A stretch of DNA of 61,236 nt, counting the filler, from Hausera hauseri (Eukaryota): NCBI GenBank assembly GCA_046269625.1. It is 11 parts of 11 records of this genome, joined end to end, with 100 filler letters (N's around TTAATTAATTAA, not from the genome) between each part and the next. Parts side by side here need not be neighbours in the genome. Positions count along the whole stretch, not along the records: positions 47,693 to 51,764 come from JBJURY010780758.1; positions 51,865 to 56,013 come from JBJURY010734433.1; positions 56,114 to 61,236 come from JBJURY010328938.1; 8 more parts are not named here. One strand, written 5' to 3'. Positions 47,861-60,609 of the stretch are shown one piece after another (the first letter of the stretch is position 1; each line of letters starts with the position of its first letter). The position numbers and the translations under genes were made by a program. The notes under the pieces were generated by a model, which worked only from the letters and a program-made list of their open reading frames with translations, had not been told where the DNA came from and ran no database searches.

Positions 47861-48076
47861 ATGAAACAACGTATCAATCATCGAAAGCATCACATTAAAC
47901 GTCGAAAGCATCACATTAAACATCGAAAGCAACACATTAAACGTAGAAAGAGTCAAAAAGGTGGGTTTTTGGATATGTTGTCGTCAGAGAAAACTTTAAG
48001 GTCGATTATTGAATTAAGTCGAGCACTGCAGCGAGATATAAACAAAATGAAAGAACAACAACAAATACCAATATGA
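47861..48076 (+). CDS. Small basic Polinton protein (putative DNA-condensing core protein) with (H/R)RK(H/Q)HIK repeats and QKGG|F site
   Basis: 21-bp repeats at 47879-47950; TATAAA at 47824; GG|F resembles an adenain cleavage site. Confidence 0.6.
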   Translation: MKQRINHRKHHIKRRKHHIKHRKQHIKRRKSQKGGFLDMLSSEKTLRSIIELSRALQRDINKMKEQQQIPI

Positions 48077-48237
48077 AATTCAGAAAAGTAATAATCAAAC
48101 CACATATTGTACGAAAGCAGAGGAAAGTTGCTAAAAAGGAACATAAACGACGGATTAGATTACCTAAGGGAAAAAAATTACCTAAAGGGTGGATTAGATT
48201 GTAAATAAACAAAAGTGTTGAAACAAACAGTTGTAAA

Positions 48238-48483
48238 ATGAAGCGATTAGAGAGAAGTTTATCATATTTTCAAGCAATTATCAAATCACCATGCAGATTT
48301 AGATGGAAATTGTTACATTCCATGCCAGAATTTGTATTACATGATTTCTTTGAAGCATTGCAAAATATAATAGAGGGACGTGTTGATATTGGAAGCAAGA
48401 AAACAACTTTAAGGAAATATAGAAAAATTCTTATTGATTTTGCAAACAAAGAAAGTTTAATCGGACGCCGCACCGTCGCCTAG
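48238..48483 (+). CDS. Conserved small basic Polinton protein (possibly 3'-truncated)
   Basis: EALQNIIEGRV...KTTLRKYRKIL pattern recurrent in Maverick small basic ORFs; located after the ATPase. Confidence 0.55.
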   Translation: MKRLERSLSYFQAIIKSPCRFRWKLLHSMPEFVLHDFFEALQNIIEGRVDIGSKKTTLRKYRKILIDFANKESLIGRRTVA

Positions 48484-48799
48484 CATACTACAGATCGATA
48501 GTGAACAGTGTGCACTATCGATTGGCACATGAGCAAAATTGATTTATCGATTAACTGCCCCCCACCCCGAGGAGTGAGGGCCAACCCGCATTTTCTCCTT
48601 CTGTCTTAATTGTATGAATTCATTTCTTATAAAAATTACGCGATGAACATATTAATTAATCTATATGGCATGAACCATATATTCTGCCTATATTTCATGC
48701 CCAATATATTCTATAATTCCTATTTCACATACATACTCCTCATGTATTACCTGCATATTACTTGCATTTTATACACACACACAACATATATATGAGCTA

Positions 48800-49470
48800 T
48801 ACATTTTCTCTAGTTAGTTGCATTTTACTCACACAGGCAAGCATATGGACATATACCTAAGATATTCCTTGCCTCAGGATTGTTGCATTTTGCAAGCATA
48901 GACAAGTACAAGCACAAGCATATGTACATATACCTGAGATAAAGCTTTTCTCAGGTTGGTTGCACTTTACATGCAGAGACAAGCATACGGACATATACGT
49001 GAGATATCCCTTTTCTCAGGTTCGTTGCATTTACATGCAGAGACATGCACATACAGACACATACACACACCATATATCTTAATCATTCATTTCTCAAATT
49101 AATCACATTTTTACTCACACATACACACACACTCAAATATGTGCACAGACATATATCTTAGCAATACATTTCCCTTATTCCATTTTACCCACACAGACAA
49201 ACACACAGCACATATTCCCCACATATTACCAATATATTCCTTCCCATATTGCACATATATTCCCTAATTATCCTGATACATTCCCCCTCTATTCCTCATA
49301 CACTCCCTCTTAATTACTTAGCATCCTCCTATATTCCCTATTGATTCCTTATGATAGTGGTATATCAGCTCTATATATTCCCTCTAATACTGATATATTC
49401 CCTCTTGATTCCCTATTATAGTGGTATATCCCCTCTCTATATTTCCTATAATACTGATATATTCCCTCAT
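48800..49470. repeat. Degenerate tandem repeats (~60-bp acaagcata..gacatatac.tgagat units; atattccct units)
   Basis: Recurrent motifs seen directly between the basic ORFs and the truncated pPolB end. Confidence 0.6.
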
Positions 49471-51764
49471 TAGTCCTTACTGTTTGGATGTTATGATCTC
49501 TAAATTGGATTCTTCGCATATCTGATATGATATGAGTCTGCTCATGCAGAACTCTCACATAGTTCTCAAAACTGATCTTGGCCAATGTAGCCCTTTGGAC
49601 GCCCTTGGCTCTCTTTTTGATCTGACAACATATGTTTAGAGCATACATTTTAGATTTGAGAGCTAAAAATCTCGAGATGATTGCTTCATTCACCTTGTCT
49701 TTGAATTTCTCTAGGACTTTGTTATTGAATAGTTGGGATGATCCTTCGGATAGTCCGACGAATCCATATGTTGAGCCAATTGGGCAAAGTCTTCATAAAT
49801 ATAATCTGTATGGATCTGATAGATGAAACTTTCAGTATCCGTATACATCAGCTGCATGGACTTGAACTTTGGGACCATGATGTCATAATGGAATTGCTGC
49901 ATTAGAGTTTTTGATAGATCCAATATTGCCGTACCCACATATATGGGCTTATTGATTATCAATGCTGTTTTCAGCATATGGATGCCTACCAAGTTCTCCG
50001 CATATATGGTGCTGCTGAGGAAGTTGGACTTAGCAATGAGCTTCTTTGCTCGCTTCCAGTCACATACTAGCTCAATGTTGATCCTGTTTCGGATATTCTC
50101 CATGGTCTTGACAAAGACCGAGTTGTTTTAAAGCTTGAACTGGTCCTTCTCAAAATCGTTCTTGGCATTTGTCCGCAGCTTGGTATTGAGATCTATGTAT
50201 GACTGCAGACACATGGACTGGCTGAACTAGAGGGCTGTATGGATCTTGGTAATTCGAAGTCCATGTCTAACTGCCTGCTGGAGATTGATGTAGTGAACTA
50301 CATACCTCTCACAATTACCCAGATGACAGAACAGCTTTCTCTGCTTTCCATGGGGCGGAAGCCTGCCCTCAGGTAGGAAAGGCAGCTGTTGATGCTTGGT
50401 GTGGATGGAAGCCGCATATTACATATCTAATTCTAGTATATAGCCCGTATGTCCAGTTGGATCCAGGTCCAATATGGGGATGTTTTCAGAATTCTTGGCC
50501 AATTTGAAGTTATCATATGGAAATGAAGCGCTCATTGCATACAAGTTGTTGGCATCCTGGTATGATATATATGAGAATTCACTAGATGGATCATACTGGG
50601 CCATATATTTGTTGTTGGCCTCGCTATACCGATGAATGGCCTGGCATATTCCGCTTCTAATGCCTCTCTCGATCATAAGGAACATATCATAATCCTTAAT
50701 GATCTGCAGCCTAATACCAGTATATCTCAGCATAGCTGCCAAACTCATCCCTGGAGCTGTAAAGAAATCAGCTGGATCCAATGCATGGCTCTTCATTGTA
50801 ACATCCCTGAAACTTTCAAAGACATCTGTCAGCACCAGAACATCGGTTTGGAGATATATATCACTATATTCTCCTAATGTTCTGCATTGGAATGCCTGCC
50901 AGACGTTCTGAGCATGCTGGTAGTCCTCGTCATTGATATCGCAGTCCGACAGCTGGCTGTAAAAGTCCTCCTTGGTCGGCAATAATGACTCATCCAGTGT
51001 TTCCCATGATGTTATATAGTCATAGGGAAACACTCCTTTCCTTTTAACGAGGTCAAAAGTATCCGGAAAGAATCACTTCGTTTCTTTTACTTCTTCGACA
51101 GGTAGGTTCTTCACTAAACTGTCCAGTAAAGACGACATGAATTGGAAACTATCGATGAGGCGATGTCGGATTTTTCCAACATGCTTAGTGAAAATGATAT
51201 ATTTCTCCTCAATGTTGGGGATCACATCTATATTGCCATCAATGTTGCCTAATTCTCGGACCATGAAGTGGCTGAAGCCACAGAGATTATGGAATACTAC
51301 AGGCACATAATTGCATGTTTTACAGTGAAGATTGCAGTTGTTACATGCTGCGCCCCGATATGCACCTGTAAAATGGCAGTGATCCTTGACTTTCTTATTT
51401 TCCTTTGTAAAGGACTTGTCACACAAGTTGCATGATGCTGCCTTGTGCCATTCTTGTTCTTGTATCTGAGACATGCTCATGTCGTCCTTATGTTGTTGCA
51501 GCATGTATTCAAGCTTAAGAGCCGTGTCTTCAATTCTCTTCATGAAATGTGCTGGTGCACCTGGAACCCTGAATAGATATGGTTCACTGTACAATCCTTT
51601 GGTATACATACTATACGATGATAATTCATGATACTGGTATACCGTTGTACTGATATATTGAGAACTGGGACTGCATGTGTGAACTGACCTGAGAATGGCC
51701 TCAAAGTCGCAATAGACGACAATTGGGACCTTGATCTTCTTCTCGAATTCCTTAAATTCGATAT
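49470..51764 (-). pseudogene. Polinton protein-primed DNA polymerase B (paralog of 13280-16880), disrupted
   Basis: DHCHFTGAYRGAACNNCN, RKGVFPYDY, YLQTDVLVLTDVFESFR, YQDANNLYAMS, KTMENIRNR, YTDTES, LKSKMY, KRAKGV. Confidence 0.95.
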
Positions 51765-51899
51765 NNNNNNNNNNNNNNNNNNNNNNNNNNNNNNNNNNNN
51801 NNNNNNNNTTAATTAATTAANNNNNNNNNNNNNNNNNNNNNNNNNNNNNNNNNNNNNNNNNNNNCTCAACGGAGAAACAAGCTTTCTCGCCACAGGCAC

Positions 51900-52155
51900 A
51901 GAATCTGATGTTTAGCATCTAATATCTCGTAGTGGTCGAGGCTGATAAAGTTGTTTATCGGAGGATTGGGGCGTTGTCACTGGATGCCTCGCAAGGTTTC
52001 TCCAAACGGGCGATTAGGTTTTGACCTCTCTCACCAAGGTACTTAAGGCCACACTTTCTGCAGATGACAAAATAAATCATATTGCATGATTTACACACGG
52101 CGCTATTTCGAATACAGACGTTGCACCTAGGCACATGTAACAATCTCTCCCACAA
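51900..52155 (-). mobile_element. GIY-YIG endonuclease fragment, Penelope-like element
   Basis: CKSCNMIYFVICRKCGLKYLGERGQNLIARL matches Penelope C..xN.IY.I.C..C...YIGET...L..R. Confidence 0.75.
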
Positions 52156-52659
52156 GGAGGTGTATATCTGAACCTGTCATAATGGACACGGAGACGAAGA
52201 AGCACATAACCGGAAATCTTAACACCTGTCAGAGAAAGTAAAGGCGGTCAGGCCTTATTGTGACCACATGCTCAATTTAGTGCCGTTGGTCAATGAAAAA
52301 TATGGACAAGACCTCTACATGTATATCTACGTCTTAGGGGATGAGGTTATACAACACCGCTTGCAGAACCTTGGTTCACCCCCAGCCCCGTCGGGACAAC
52401 AGGAAAACTCTTCAGTACAATATGCAAAGCCCCATATAATTTGTGGTAACATAATACTATCATCTCCGCAGTCTCATCACAGAACGAGACACAGACAACA
52501 TTTTTATTTGTAAGATCATAATCCAGGTACACAAACATATAAATAGGCGTGCGTACACACAGTCACTCGTCTTCACACCCGCATTAATATAACTGAAGAA
52601 TATGCGACATAGAAGAAAACAAAACTGAACGTAGAAATGTATGATATATGTCGCTCTTG

Positions 52660-55600
52660 TCTCGGCGATAGTTGTTTTAAAGATATGATGTGCAGGAGCG
52701 GCTTGTGGTCAGTTTGAATAACAAATGGACGAGAAAGAAGTATGTGTTTGAAATGTTTTACTGCCAGAACTATAGCGAGTAACTCACGGTCAAATATTGA
52801 ATAGCGGCTTTCGGATTATGTAAGCTTCCTAGAGTAAAATTCTAATGGTTCATCAACCCCGTCGGAAATCTGGTGTAGTACTGCACCGGTAGATGTGGTT
52901 GAGGCATCGGTCGTAAGTATGAGATCTGCCTTTGGCTTCGGATAGGCTAGTATTTCTACGGTTTTTAGGCATTCGCGTAAGTGATCAAATTTGGCGACTA
53001 AATAAGGAGTCCAGTGGATTAATTGTCGCTTTTTTCTTGAAGATAGATGTGCGAAAGGTACCATGAGCTCAGAACAAAGAGGTACGTATTTGTGGATGAA
53101 GTAGAGTGTGCCTAAAAAACTTCTCATATCCGTCGTGGTCGTTGGTAGCGTTATGTTTTTCAATTATTGTAGTCGATCCGGTTGTGGAGAGTGGCCGTTA
53201 GGAGTGATCACGTGGCCTAGGAAATTAACACGATTTTGGAAAAATGACACTTAGAGAAATTGATTTGCAAATTGCTGTGATGTAATCTGTGAAAGATAAT
53301 ACGGAAGTGTTCTTGATGTTGTTTAACAGATGTAGAGGCAACTAATATGTCATCAATGTATGGATGAGCAAAGTCAAGGCCTGAGAAAACGGTATCAATG
53401 TGTCGTTGAAAAGTTTGGGAAACACTACGTAAACCAAATGGCATAAAGATACATTCATAGAGGTCAAATTGAGTAAAAAACAGCATTTTTGGGAATATCA
53501 TCAGATGCAACCGGAATTTGATAATAAGCTTTATGCAAGTCAATTGTGGAGTATGTGTTAGTGTTGGTAAGACTATGCAGGCTGTCCTTTATGAGAGGTA
53601 AAGAGTAAGCATCCAGGGCTGTTAGGTTGTTTAACTTACGATAGTCACCACATTATTTGTAAGTGCCATCTTTCTTTGTCACTACATGCAAATGTGAAGC
53701 CCATGGAGATTTGGATCTTCGAATAATGCCAGCCTTTTCGAGTTCATTGAACTCTGATTCAACAGCTTTTCGCCTACTAGGTGACAGTGGTCTGACCTTT
53801 TGTCTGATAGGTCTTTGGTGTTCGGTGACTATGTGGTGATAAGTTGTAGAATGCGGATTGAAATTGACGTCCTTCTTAAGAGTGCGTAAACAAGAAGTTT
53901 TGATGTAGGATTTAAGATTGGATTCCAACGACAAAAATGATGAGGGCATATTATTGGAAGAGTCAGTAGCTGTAATTGATGTACAATGACTGAACACTTC
54001 ATTAACGACATTCGGTTCAACCGATTGTTTCAAGAGTAATTTCTTTCCACTTGACAAAATTGAAAATATTGATGAATTATTAAGAGTATTGTTATCAGCC
54101 GATGAACAGCATGAAATTGATATTTGAATGAACAGAGGAGAACAAGAAGGTGTGTGACTGGTCGTCTGGTGAACATTTGTTGGTATTTGCAACGGAGTTT
54201 TTGCGCAGGATACATCTGTGCTTACAGTCGACTAACAAATCGTATGCAGCCAGGAAATCGTAGCCTATTATGAGCGATCTAATATTGGCTGTGAAAATTC
54301 TAAGAGAATTTCCCTGGTAGGTTGGAGAATGTGAAGGACAGTTTTGTGGTATCTACAGTGTTCAAGGGTTGACCACAGGCAATGAAGAGTGGAGGAGAGA
54401 AAACTGTGTTAGATGTAGGAGCAAAGGACAAAGGAAGAGTTGAAAAGGCAGCCCCAAATTCGATAAGGAAGTCTATGTGAGGTGTCTCCAAATAACAGTT
54501 TAGCTTTCAACAGAAAGACTGCAGAGGCGGTGTTGAAACGGCCAGAAGATTGAGCAATATTGCCTATACCAGAATGTGTCGTGGCATCTGGCGCCGTTAT
54601 TAGTTTTTGAGGCTTGTTGGGAAAAAGAAGAGGAATGATGAGTACGAGGATGCGAAAAAGATGGAGAAAAACTAGAATTCTTATAATATTTGCATCCTGG
54701 CACACACGACCTGGCCTTGGGCTGATACTTTGTGTGATAAATGCAGACTGGGCTGTCTACTTCATAAAGTTCGTAGTAAAATCTACAGCCTAAAACACAC
54801 TTTTTTGCGTCTCTGCGGAATTTACTGTGATAAAAACAAGTCTTTCTTCCATTTTGAGATTTGGACCGAAAGGAGTGTCTGGAAAGGTTACAACTGCGTG
54901 AAACACGGTTATCACTTCTTTTGGGCACAGATAAATCATTAAGTTGGGATGTAATCGCAGAAATTGCCTGTTGGAGTGTGTCGAACCGTTTCTGCATCAT
55001 ATGCAGTTGTTGTTAAAAGAAAGTGTTATCTGCGTGTGATGGCTTGTGAGCGGTTTCTGCAGCTACTGATTGTGAGCTATTTGATTGCAAGATGTGGAAA
55101 CTTCTGTCTGCCAGTAAGGCGAGTTTCTCGAGTGCCGTTGAATAGTCTACTACCGTGAGCAAAGCTGATAGAGGTGGGCAAAAAAGAAAGGAAATACCAA
55201 CGAAGAAGATCGGCATTGCTTGCAGGAGTGAAGCCTAAGAAACTCAGCTGAGAAATTGCAATTTTAAGGAAATCCGAAGGTTTTTGAGTTCCGATAGCAT
55301 GCTCATTGAAGTACTTTTGTATTATGCTGTCAATGGAAGGGTCGGTGATATGTAGGACTGATTCATAAAGCATATCATATGGATTTGAAGAGGTGAGTAT
55401 ATCGGCAAGATTATTGATCTTCTGCTTGATATTTGCTGGAAGAAAAAGCAACAAGCTGTTCGCCGGCAAGAAAGAATCTGTAATGTGATTGGCTTTAAGC
55501 CATTGCAAACGGAATTTTAACCAGGTGAATCTCGAATTCGTTTTGTGGAGAAAACATGTGTAAGGAAAATTTGGAAATTCTGTTGGTGTGGGGTCGGCAG

Positions 55601-56013
55601 GACGACGACCAGATCTAGTCTTAGTGGGATTTTCAAAATAAGAAGGATCGGGGTCCGATACACCCCGTAGGCGAAAGTGTCGAGTAAGATGGATAATTTT
55701 GGAGGAAAATGCAGAAAGCTGATCATAGACGTTAAGTATTGAGCAATGATACGAGATAAAAGTCTGAGGAGTGGAGGAGGAAGGATAGGTGTGTAGCGCT
55801 TAAGATATAGAGCTGTATATTATTGAAAAAGACAAGCATGGATAAAGGATGTGGTGCAGCCGGGACGGTGATACTCGGTTCCCCAAACAAATCATTCATT
55901 GATTGCGCTTTAAGACCGAAACTACTTCTCAATAATGAAAAGACAGCTCTCTCCTGATTAGGACTATCATAGTTCTGAGATGACATATAACACTCACGTG
56001 AATCATCAGCATC
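52660..56013 (-). mobile_element. CsRN1/Kabuki-like Gypsy element (gag, protease, RT, RNase H), decayed; relative of 21589-24100
   Basis: Two CHCC knuckles; degenerate protease FLIEFGAAFSTLP; SPWASHLHVV; MPFGL; YIDDILV; TTDAS..GAVLHQ; YSIFDRELLAI. Confidence 0.93.
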
Positions 56014-56113
56014 NNNNNNNNNNNNNNNNNNNNNNNNNNNNNNNNNNNNNNNNNNNNTTAATTAATTAANNNNNNNNNNNNNNNNNNNNNNNNNNNNNNN
56101 NNNNNNNNNNNNN

Positions 56114-56365
56114 ACCAGTCCTCAAATGCAAAGGTATAAATCTCAAGCAGACCGACTTGCAGTTTGACAGCTACCTACAGGCTTATGAAACCGGTTGCAG
56201 CACCATGGTAAACCAGGAGCAAATTGACAGTAAAAACCATCAGCTTATGACAATCAGTTCAAAAAAGAAAGCACTGGACCCGTTTGACAACAAGCGCCAC
56301 TGGACTGAGGAAAACCGGAGTGTTGCATACGGACATTACTGTATAAATGTGAACATTTACTTTGT
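56114..56365 (+). pseudogene. Polinton pPolB extreme C-terminus (close relative of 6290-6526)
   Basis: LKCKGINLKQTDLQFDSYLQAY...KKALDPFDNKRHW...VAYGHY. Confidence 0.85.
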
Positions 56366-56439
56366 ACATTTTTTGTATATGTTATATCAATAAAAGTTTT
56401 AAATCTCTCTTATATTTTATTACTTTGGCTCTGTTCTCG

Positions 56440-58250
56440 GGGTGGGAATAGTCAAACCACGATCACGTCAGAATGCTTTGTTTTTGGGGGTGGGAATAGT
56501 AAAACCCAATCCGAGCCAGAAATACCTTTGTTCACAACCAAAATTTAAACAAATTTTTTGGCGAGAAATTCATATTTTTTAAACCACTTCGAATCCATAC
56601 AGTACGCGTGCTTGTGTGTATCACTCTCATCACCCTCTGCCTCCTATCTCCGCCCTATTCACTGTGTATGTTTGTATCGTTTTTTTCTACCCAATGACTC
56701 ATTTCGAAGCACTTCTTTTCTTCCTTCCCTGGGGGTTGCGTGTTGGCTTGGTGTGCTCACATGTACCTACTGTGGGGAATCAAGGGTCAAATGCAGGAAT
56801 TGTGCTTTGATACAACTGCGAGCAACACGGAAAAAATCATAGGTGCATGCACAGTGATTGAGTAGCAGATCGGAAGTGAGTTGTTACATATGACATGCCG
56901 CCATCACATCGTGGACATTATGGGAAGTTCCGTCTTTGCGGAATGCTACAAGTCGTCAGAAGGACCCAAGGTTCTTAGATTTCAACATTTTAAGCAGGCC
57001 TGAAAAACATAAATAAAACGAATTTTAAGTTTTCGATGGGTAAGTTGGCGACATGGAAGGGATAATCGCTTTTTGCCACAATCAGCTTATCATCAGCCAG
57101 ACTCGTTATGATTATCGGGAACTGCTTCACCTGACAATAATTTTTCTTTGAAGCATTCCGCCTGGAGATGTTCGCTTCATGAAACCCGGAGCTGTCCATC
57201 ACGAGAGATGGATAGCGAAAATGATATACTCATTAAAAATCTGCCTTGTTTGCTCCCAATTTTGAATGACCCAGATGGAGATAAAAGGGAATGCAGAGAT
57301 TTGCTGCATTTTCAACTACCATATACGTTCGCGCCTTGTTCCGAGCACCTTTTTTAGCATTTGCACCTTCTAACGACCTATCCCTCATGAAACAATTAAT
57401 CCACTACGATGACCTGCCCATCTCTCGTGCTGCGGTTACTTCATTTGCACGTTACCAGTGGTATCTGAGTGAAAGCTTAGTGCCACTAGCATTTTTCGAT
57501 CCAGCGATCAGTGTCGCCGTCTCGAAACGGATAGTCCATGCATTAGTTGAAAAAGATGGTTTAGCGAAACCCTTGAAGAGTATCGCTGTGGTCGCAGATA
57601 CACAAATGTTTGCCAGCGCAGCAGTTGTTGACTATGTTACCAAATTTTCAATTCGATTTTTCAAAATACTGGGATTTTCAACTGAATTTATCGCAGTAGA
57701 TCCTGAGGAATGGGAAACCAAGAAGGACTATAAAGCAGGTAGGGAGGTAGTTCAGTTCGTTAAGGTTGTCAACGACTGTGCCGAAATAGGAATAGCATTA
57801 ATCCATGATTGCAATAACCTTGTGACCAAGGATGAGGAGCAGAAGCAGTATCTCCTGCAGGTGGTCGAGGAACATCGACGCGAATTTTCTGACGCTAGAA
57901 TAGGAAATTTTTGACCGAGGATAGAAGCACAACGGTACACCGAAACAGATGATAGTGACAGTTAATTATACATTTACTGAGACGGCAGAATGAAGTTTTA
58001 ACCTGCTAATTATGTCATTTTAGTATTATTTTGTCATTAAAATGCAGATGTGTGCTATTAATTATGCGTATTTGTATTGGACATTATTAACATGTCGGGT
58101 ATAGATTCCAAAGTCGATGTGACACCCTTTTCACTTATCCTATCACACTGAAATTTTATACTTTTTAGCTTCTAATTACAAAGAACAAAACTAGAGGGTA
58201 AAACTTTGGCATTTTGAAAAAATTTTTGGACCAAAAGGCTTGGATCACTA
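56440..58250 (+). mobile_element. hAT-superfamily (hATm-like) transposon remnant; boundaries approximate
   Basis: CRHHIV (CxxH), PGAVHHERWIAKMIYSLK, APSNDL, WYLSESLVPLAFFD, VVNDCAE.G, KDEEQKQYLLQVVEEHR. Confidence 0.7.
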
Positions 58251-58299
58251 TTTAAAAGTATATAAATACAAAGAAAATACTGTGACGTTAAAAAGGCAA

Positions 58300-58746
58300 A
58301 TGGCAATGATTGGAATACGTAAACGAAAATCAAAACCGTCGCGCCAAACAGAGATATTTTTACAGAAACGAATTTTTCTCAAGTATGAAATACATTTTCT
58401 GCAAACGCCCGTACTGATTTCATTGAATGATGCCCTGTCTCTAAGCGCACCCAAGTACAGATATCGTGTAAAACGGCTTTGGGGTGAAAATTCGGATAAA
58501 CTTTCTGATGCTCTACACCAATTAAATGCGGATTTAAAGTTGAACGAAACAATTGTGCAACAGCAATCTGTCGTTTTACCGGCTCAGAAAACCAAATTGT
58601 TTGATTTTATCGGTTGCGAAATGTCTAATGTACCCGATGATGATTTAAAGTGTCAATTGAACATTGAACTGCAAGGGTACAAGGAAAAAGTCGGTATCAA
58701 AAGCCCGATTTGGCGTGTAGCTGAAGCACAATTTAATTATCAATAA
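58300..58746 (+). CDS. Hypothetical Polinton-associated protein (~148 aa, basic NLS-like N-terminus)
   Basis: Intact ORF with TATAAATA at 58261 and AATAAA overlapping the stop; first gene of the dUTPase cassette; no recognisable domain. Confidence 0.5.
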   Translation: MAMIGIRKRKSKPSRQTEIFLQKRIFLKYEIHFLQTPVLISLNDALSLSAPKYRYRVKRLWGENSDKLSDALHQLNADLKLNETIVQQQSVVLPAQKTKLFDFIGCEMSNVPDDDLKCQLNIELQGYKEKVGIKSPIWRVAEAQFNYQ

Positions 58747-58836
58747 ATTTTGTTTTACCATTCTTCTTCTTTCATTAACCCAATTAAGGAGTATAAAAAT
58801 ACGTGTAATTTTAATATTGGTATAGAAATAAGAATA

Positions 58837-59308
58837 ATGATAATGAATGATGTAAAGATTATCTTAACAGACGAAAGGCCTTTGTACCGAGATGTGTTAC
58901 AGCATCAGTGTAGGCTGCGATGTGTTTTCATAGGTCAATATGACAATTGCAGACAGCACAATCAAATGCATAACGACTGGGATTCGATTGGCGGTTCCAC
59001 CCGGTTACTACGGTCAACTTTTATCGAAAAACGGATTGGCAAAGCTCGGACTGACGGTTGTGGGCCGCAGCGTCATTGATTCAGACTTTCATGATGAAAT
59101 TAAGGTGTTGCTGGAAAACCAATCCGGGGAACCGTATGCTTTTTCGAAAGGCAGTGCAATCGCATAAATCGTTTTTCTTCGCTGTGAAGAGGCGGAATTC
59201 AGTGTAATGTCACCGGACCAATGAGGATTGCTTTGTGCCAATGAAGCAATACGAAATGAACGCAAAGAATTTGGCTTTGGTGATATTGACAAAACTACCT
59301 ATGTTTAA
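58837..59308 (+). pseudogene. dut: dUTPase (trimeric type), disrupted
   Basis: GCDVFS, ITTGIRLAVPPGYYGQLLSKNGLA, VIDSDFHDEIKVLL, KGSAIA*IVF, R...GFG motifs. Confidence 0.9.
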
Positions 59309-59381
59309 TGATTGTGATAATAATAATAGTTAGTTGTTTTGTTTGTGTTATAAACAAAAATGATTTGGTACATGATAAGTA

Positions 59382-59860
59382 ATGGCGACAGGATTTATAT
59401 ATATTGAAGTTTTCCAAGATGATAATGCTCGGTACCTGATAAAGGAATTATGCATTATGGACGTCAGTAACATTTTCAAACCGATTGTGTACGTATTCAA
59501 ACCGGTGTTTTGTGGAATGACCTGACGGAAAAGGCAAAATTTACAAACGGATTTCTCTTTCGACATCGTCATGCACTTCATTGGTATGAAGGCGATTCAG
59601 TTTTCTGTGATGTGTATTATGGGCGAGATTTGTGATCGCTTTGATATTGAAAATACAATGTTTTACATGAATGATCAAATTGACGGACAAAAGTTTACAC
59701 AACTACATTCACACTTTCCCAAGTTGCGAATGACGACGTAATCAACATCGAACAGCTCGATGGCGATGGTACCTGACAATATGAGATGTCCGTATCGTGA
59801 TCATGGACCGCATCGTGCTTACAAAAATGTCTGCGGCTTTGTATTGACTATATTTCATGA
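59382..59860 (+). pseudogene. Polinton DEDD-like protein (homolog of 27868-28320), frameshifted
   Basis: MATGFIYIEVFQDDNARYLIKE...; high nucleotide similarity to 27868-28320. Confidence 0.8.
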
Positions 59861-59984
59861 AAATAAATGAATGTATTTCTCTTTCTTTTTTTCTTTCCGT
59901 AAATAAGATCCGTCGTATTGATCAGTAGAATAATTCAAAAACTATAAATACGTATAGGTTATAGTAGTAATAATAATAATCATC

Positions 59985-60443
59985 ATGGAAATAGTTAATC
60001 AACTGAAACAATTGCAAAGTTTTGATGGATTATCATTTTCAGACTTGGTGCGATGGTGGTAAGCACTTGATTGTGATCTGGTTGCGAGAGAAGCAGGTGA
60101 TTTTGGATTTAAGATTTAGTGTAAATAGCATTGATGACAGCAACAGATTTTAGCTCTATAGAAAATCTAATTATTGTGTTAAATCAAATGTAGATTCACC
60201 GTTTGTATAATACAAGTTACTTTAATACCGTTGAAAAGGTACGTGGTAAATCAACGAACTTGAAAGAGGAAATAATGGACAAAGTACGAGACTGTCAGTT
60301 TGTGTGTACTATGTAAACAAAAAAAAGATGATACGGTATTCTTAATGTGCGGTCATCTCGTTGTTTGTTCCACCAAAGTAACCCATCAATGGCCAGAATG
60401 TAAATGTGCTATAATAAAAATTGTACACGTTTATTACGAATGA
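59985..60443 (+). pseudogene. Protein with C-terminal IAP-type RING finger (degenerate)
   Basis: VCTM*...DTVFLMCGHLVVC...WPECKCAIIKIVHVYYE* resembles the IAP/MDM2-type C-terminal RING (VFLPCGHLV.C...CP.CR..I...V.VY). Confidence 0.65.
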
Positions 60444-60609
60444 CTTCTTCAATAACTGAACCAAAACAGTGTCATGGGCTGCAATGACGTGGAGGTAATT
60501 TTAACTAGTATGTATCACTGGGATGAGACAATATGTATCAATATATGATTGTCACAGTAACTGACCTGAACTGAACCGACAGAGCACCGATTGTTTGGAC
60601 GTGCGTTTA

